From positions 63,860 through 110,310 of the forward strand of contig NW_025215348.1 in assembly GCF_004010195.1 (NCBI RefSeq): a stretch of DNA of 46,451 bases, in the 5' to 3' direction. This stretch comes from Chiloscyllium plagiosum. Lineage: Eukaryota. The position numbers and the translations under genes were made by a program. Below the pieces are notes generated by a model. The model was given only the letters and a program-made list of their open reading frames with translations. It made no database searches and was not told where the DNA came from. Below are positions 46,421 through 46,451 of the stretch, in pieces; the stretch's first letter is position 1; the number at the start of each line of letters is the position of its first letter.

Positions 46421-46451
46421 ATGTGAGGAGCCCAGTTCTCCTGCAGGATGC

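Noticed and set aside
1..46451. CRISPR array or prokaryotic operon
   Set aside because: No regularly spaced repeat-spacer structure or dense ORFs; the content is vertebrate transposon-derived.

Overview
Repeat-dominated, apparently intronic or intergenic vertebrate DNA. The repeat complement (HE1-type V-SINEs with (TAATC)n tails, HER1/CR1 LINE fragments, a Deu-domain SINE) points to a shark genome, possibly an orectolobiform; this is inference from repeats only. No host protein-coding gene, rRNA or true tRNA gene can be supported, and nearly all listed ORFs are transposon fragments, their antisense frames or microsatellite translations. The window holds many CR1 and L2-group LINE fragments, several SINE families, three solo LTRs, a Tx1/L1 3' end, a Tigger-like MITE and a split PIF/Harbinger transposase fossil. 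It also holds about 20 Penelope-like element (PLE) pieces, two with a GIY-YIG endonuclease fragment. The strongest non-coding signal is a minimal hammerhead-ribozyme motif (CTGANGA-A-stem II-GAA-palindromic ACGT/AGCT-H) in the PLE 3' ends. Its stems covary across four or five families, and it often sits in tiny TSD-flanked or palindromic insertions. Other oddities are a ~133-bp, ~94%-identical inverted repeat, a SINE with inverted tails at both ends, a locally duplicated SINE plus flank, and multi-level nesting. Family names come from recalled consensus similarity, not database searches, and most repeat boundaries are approximate.
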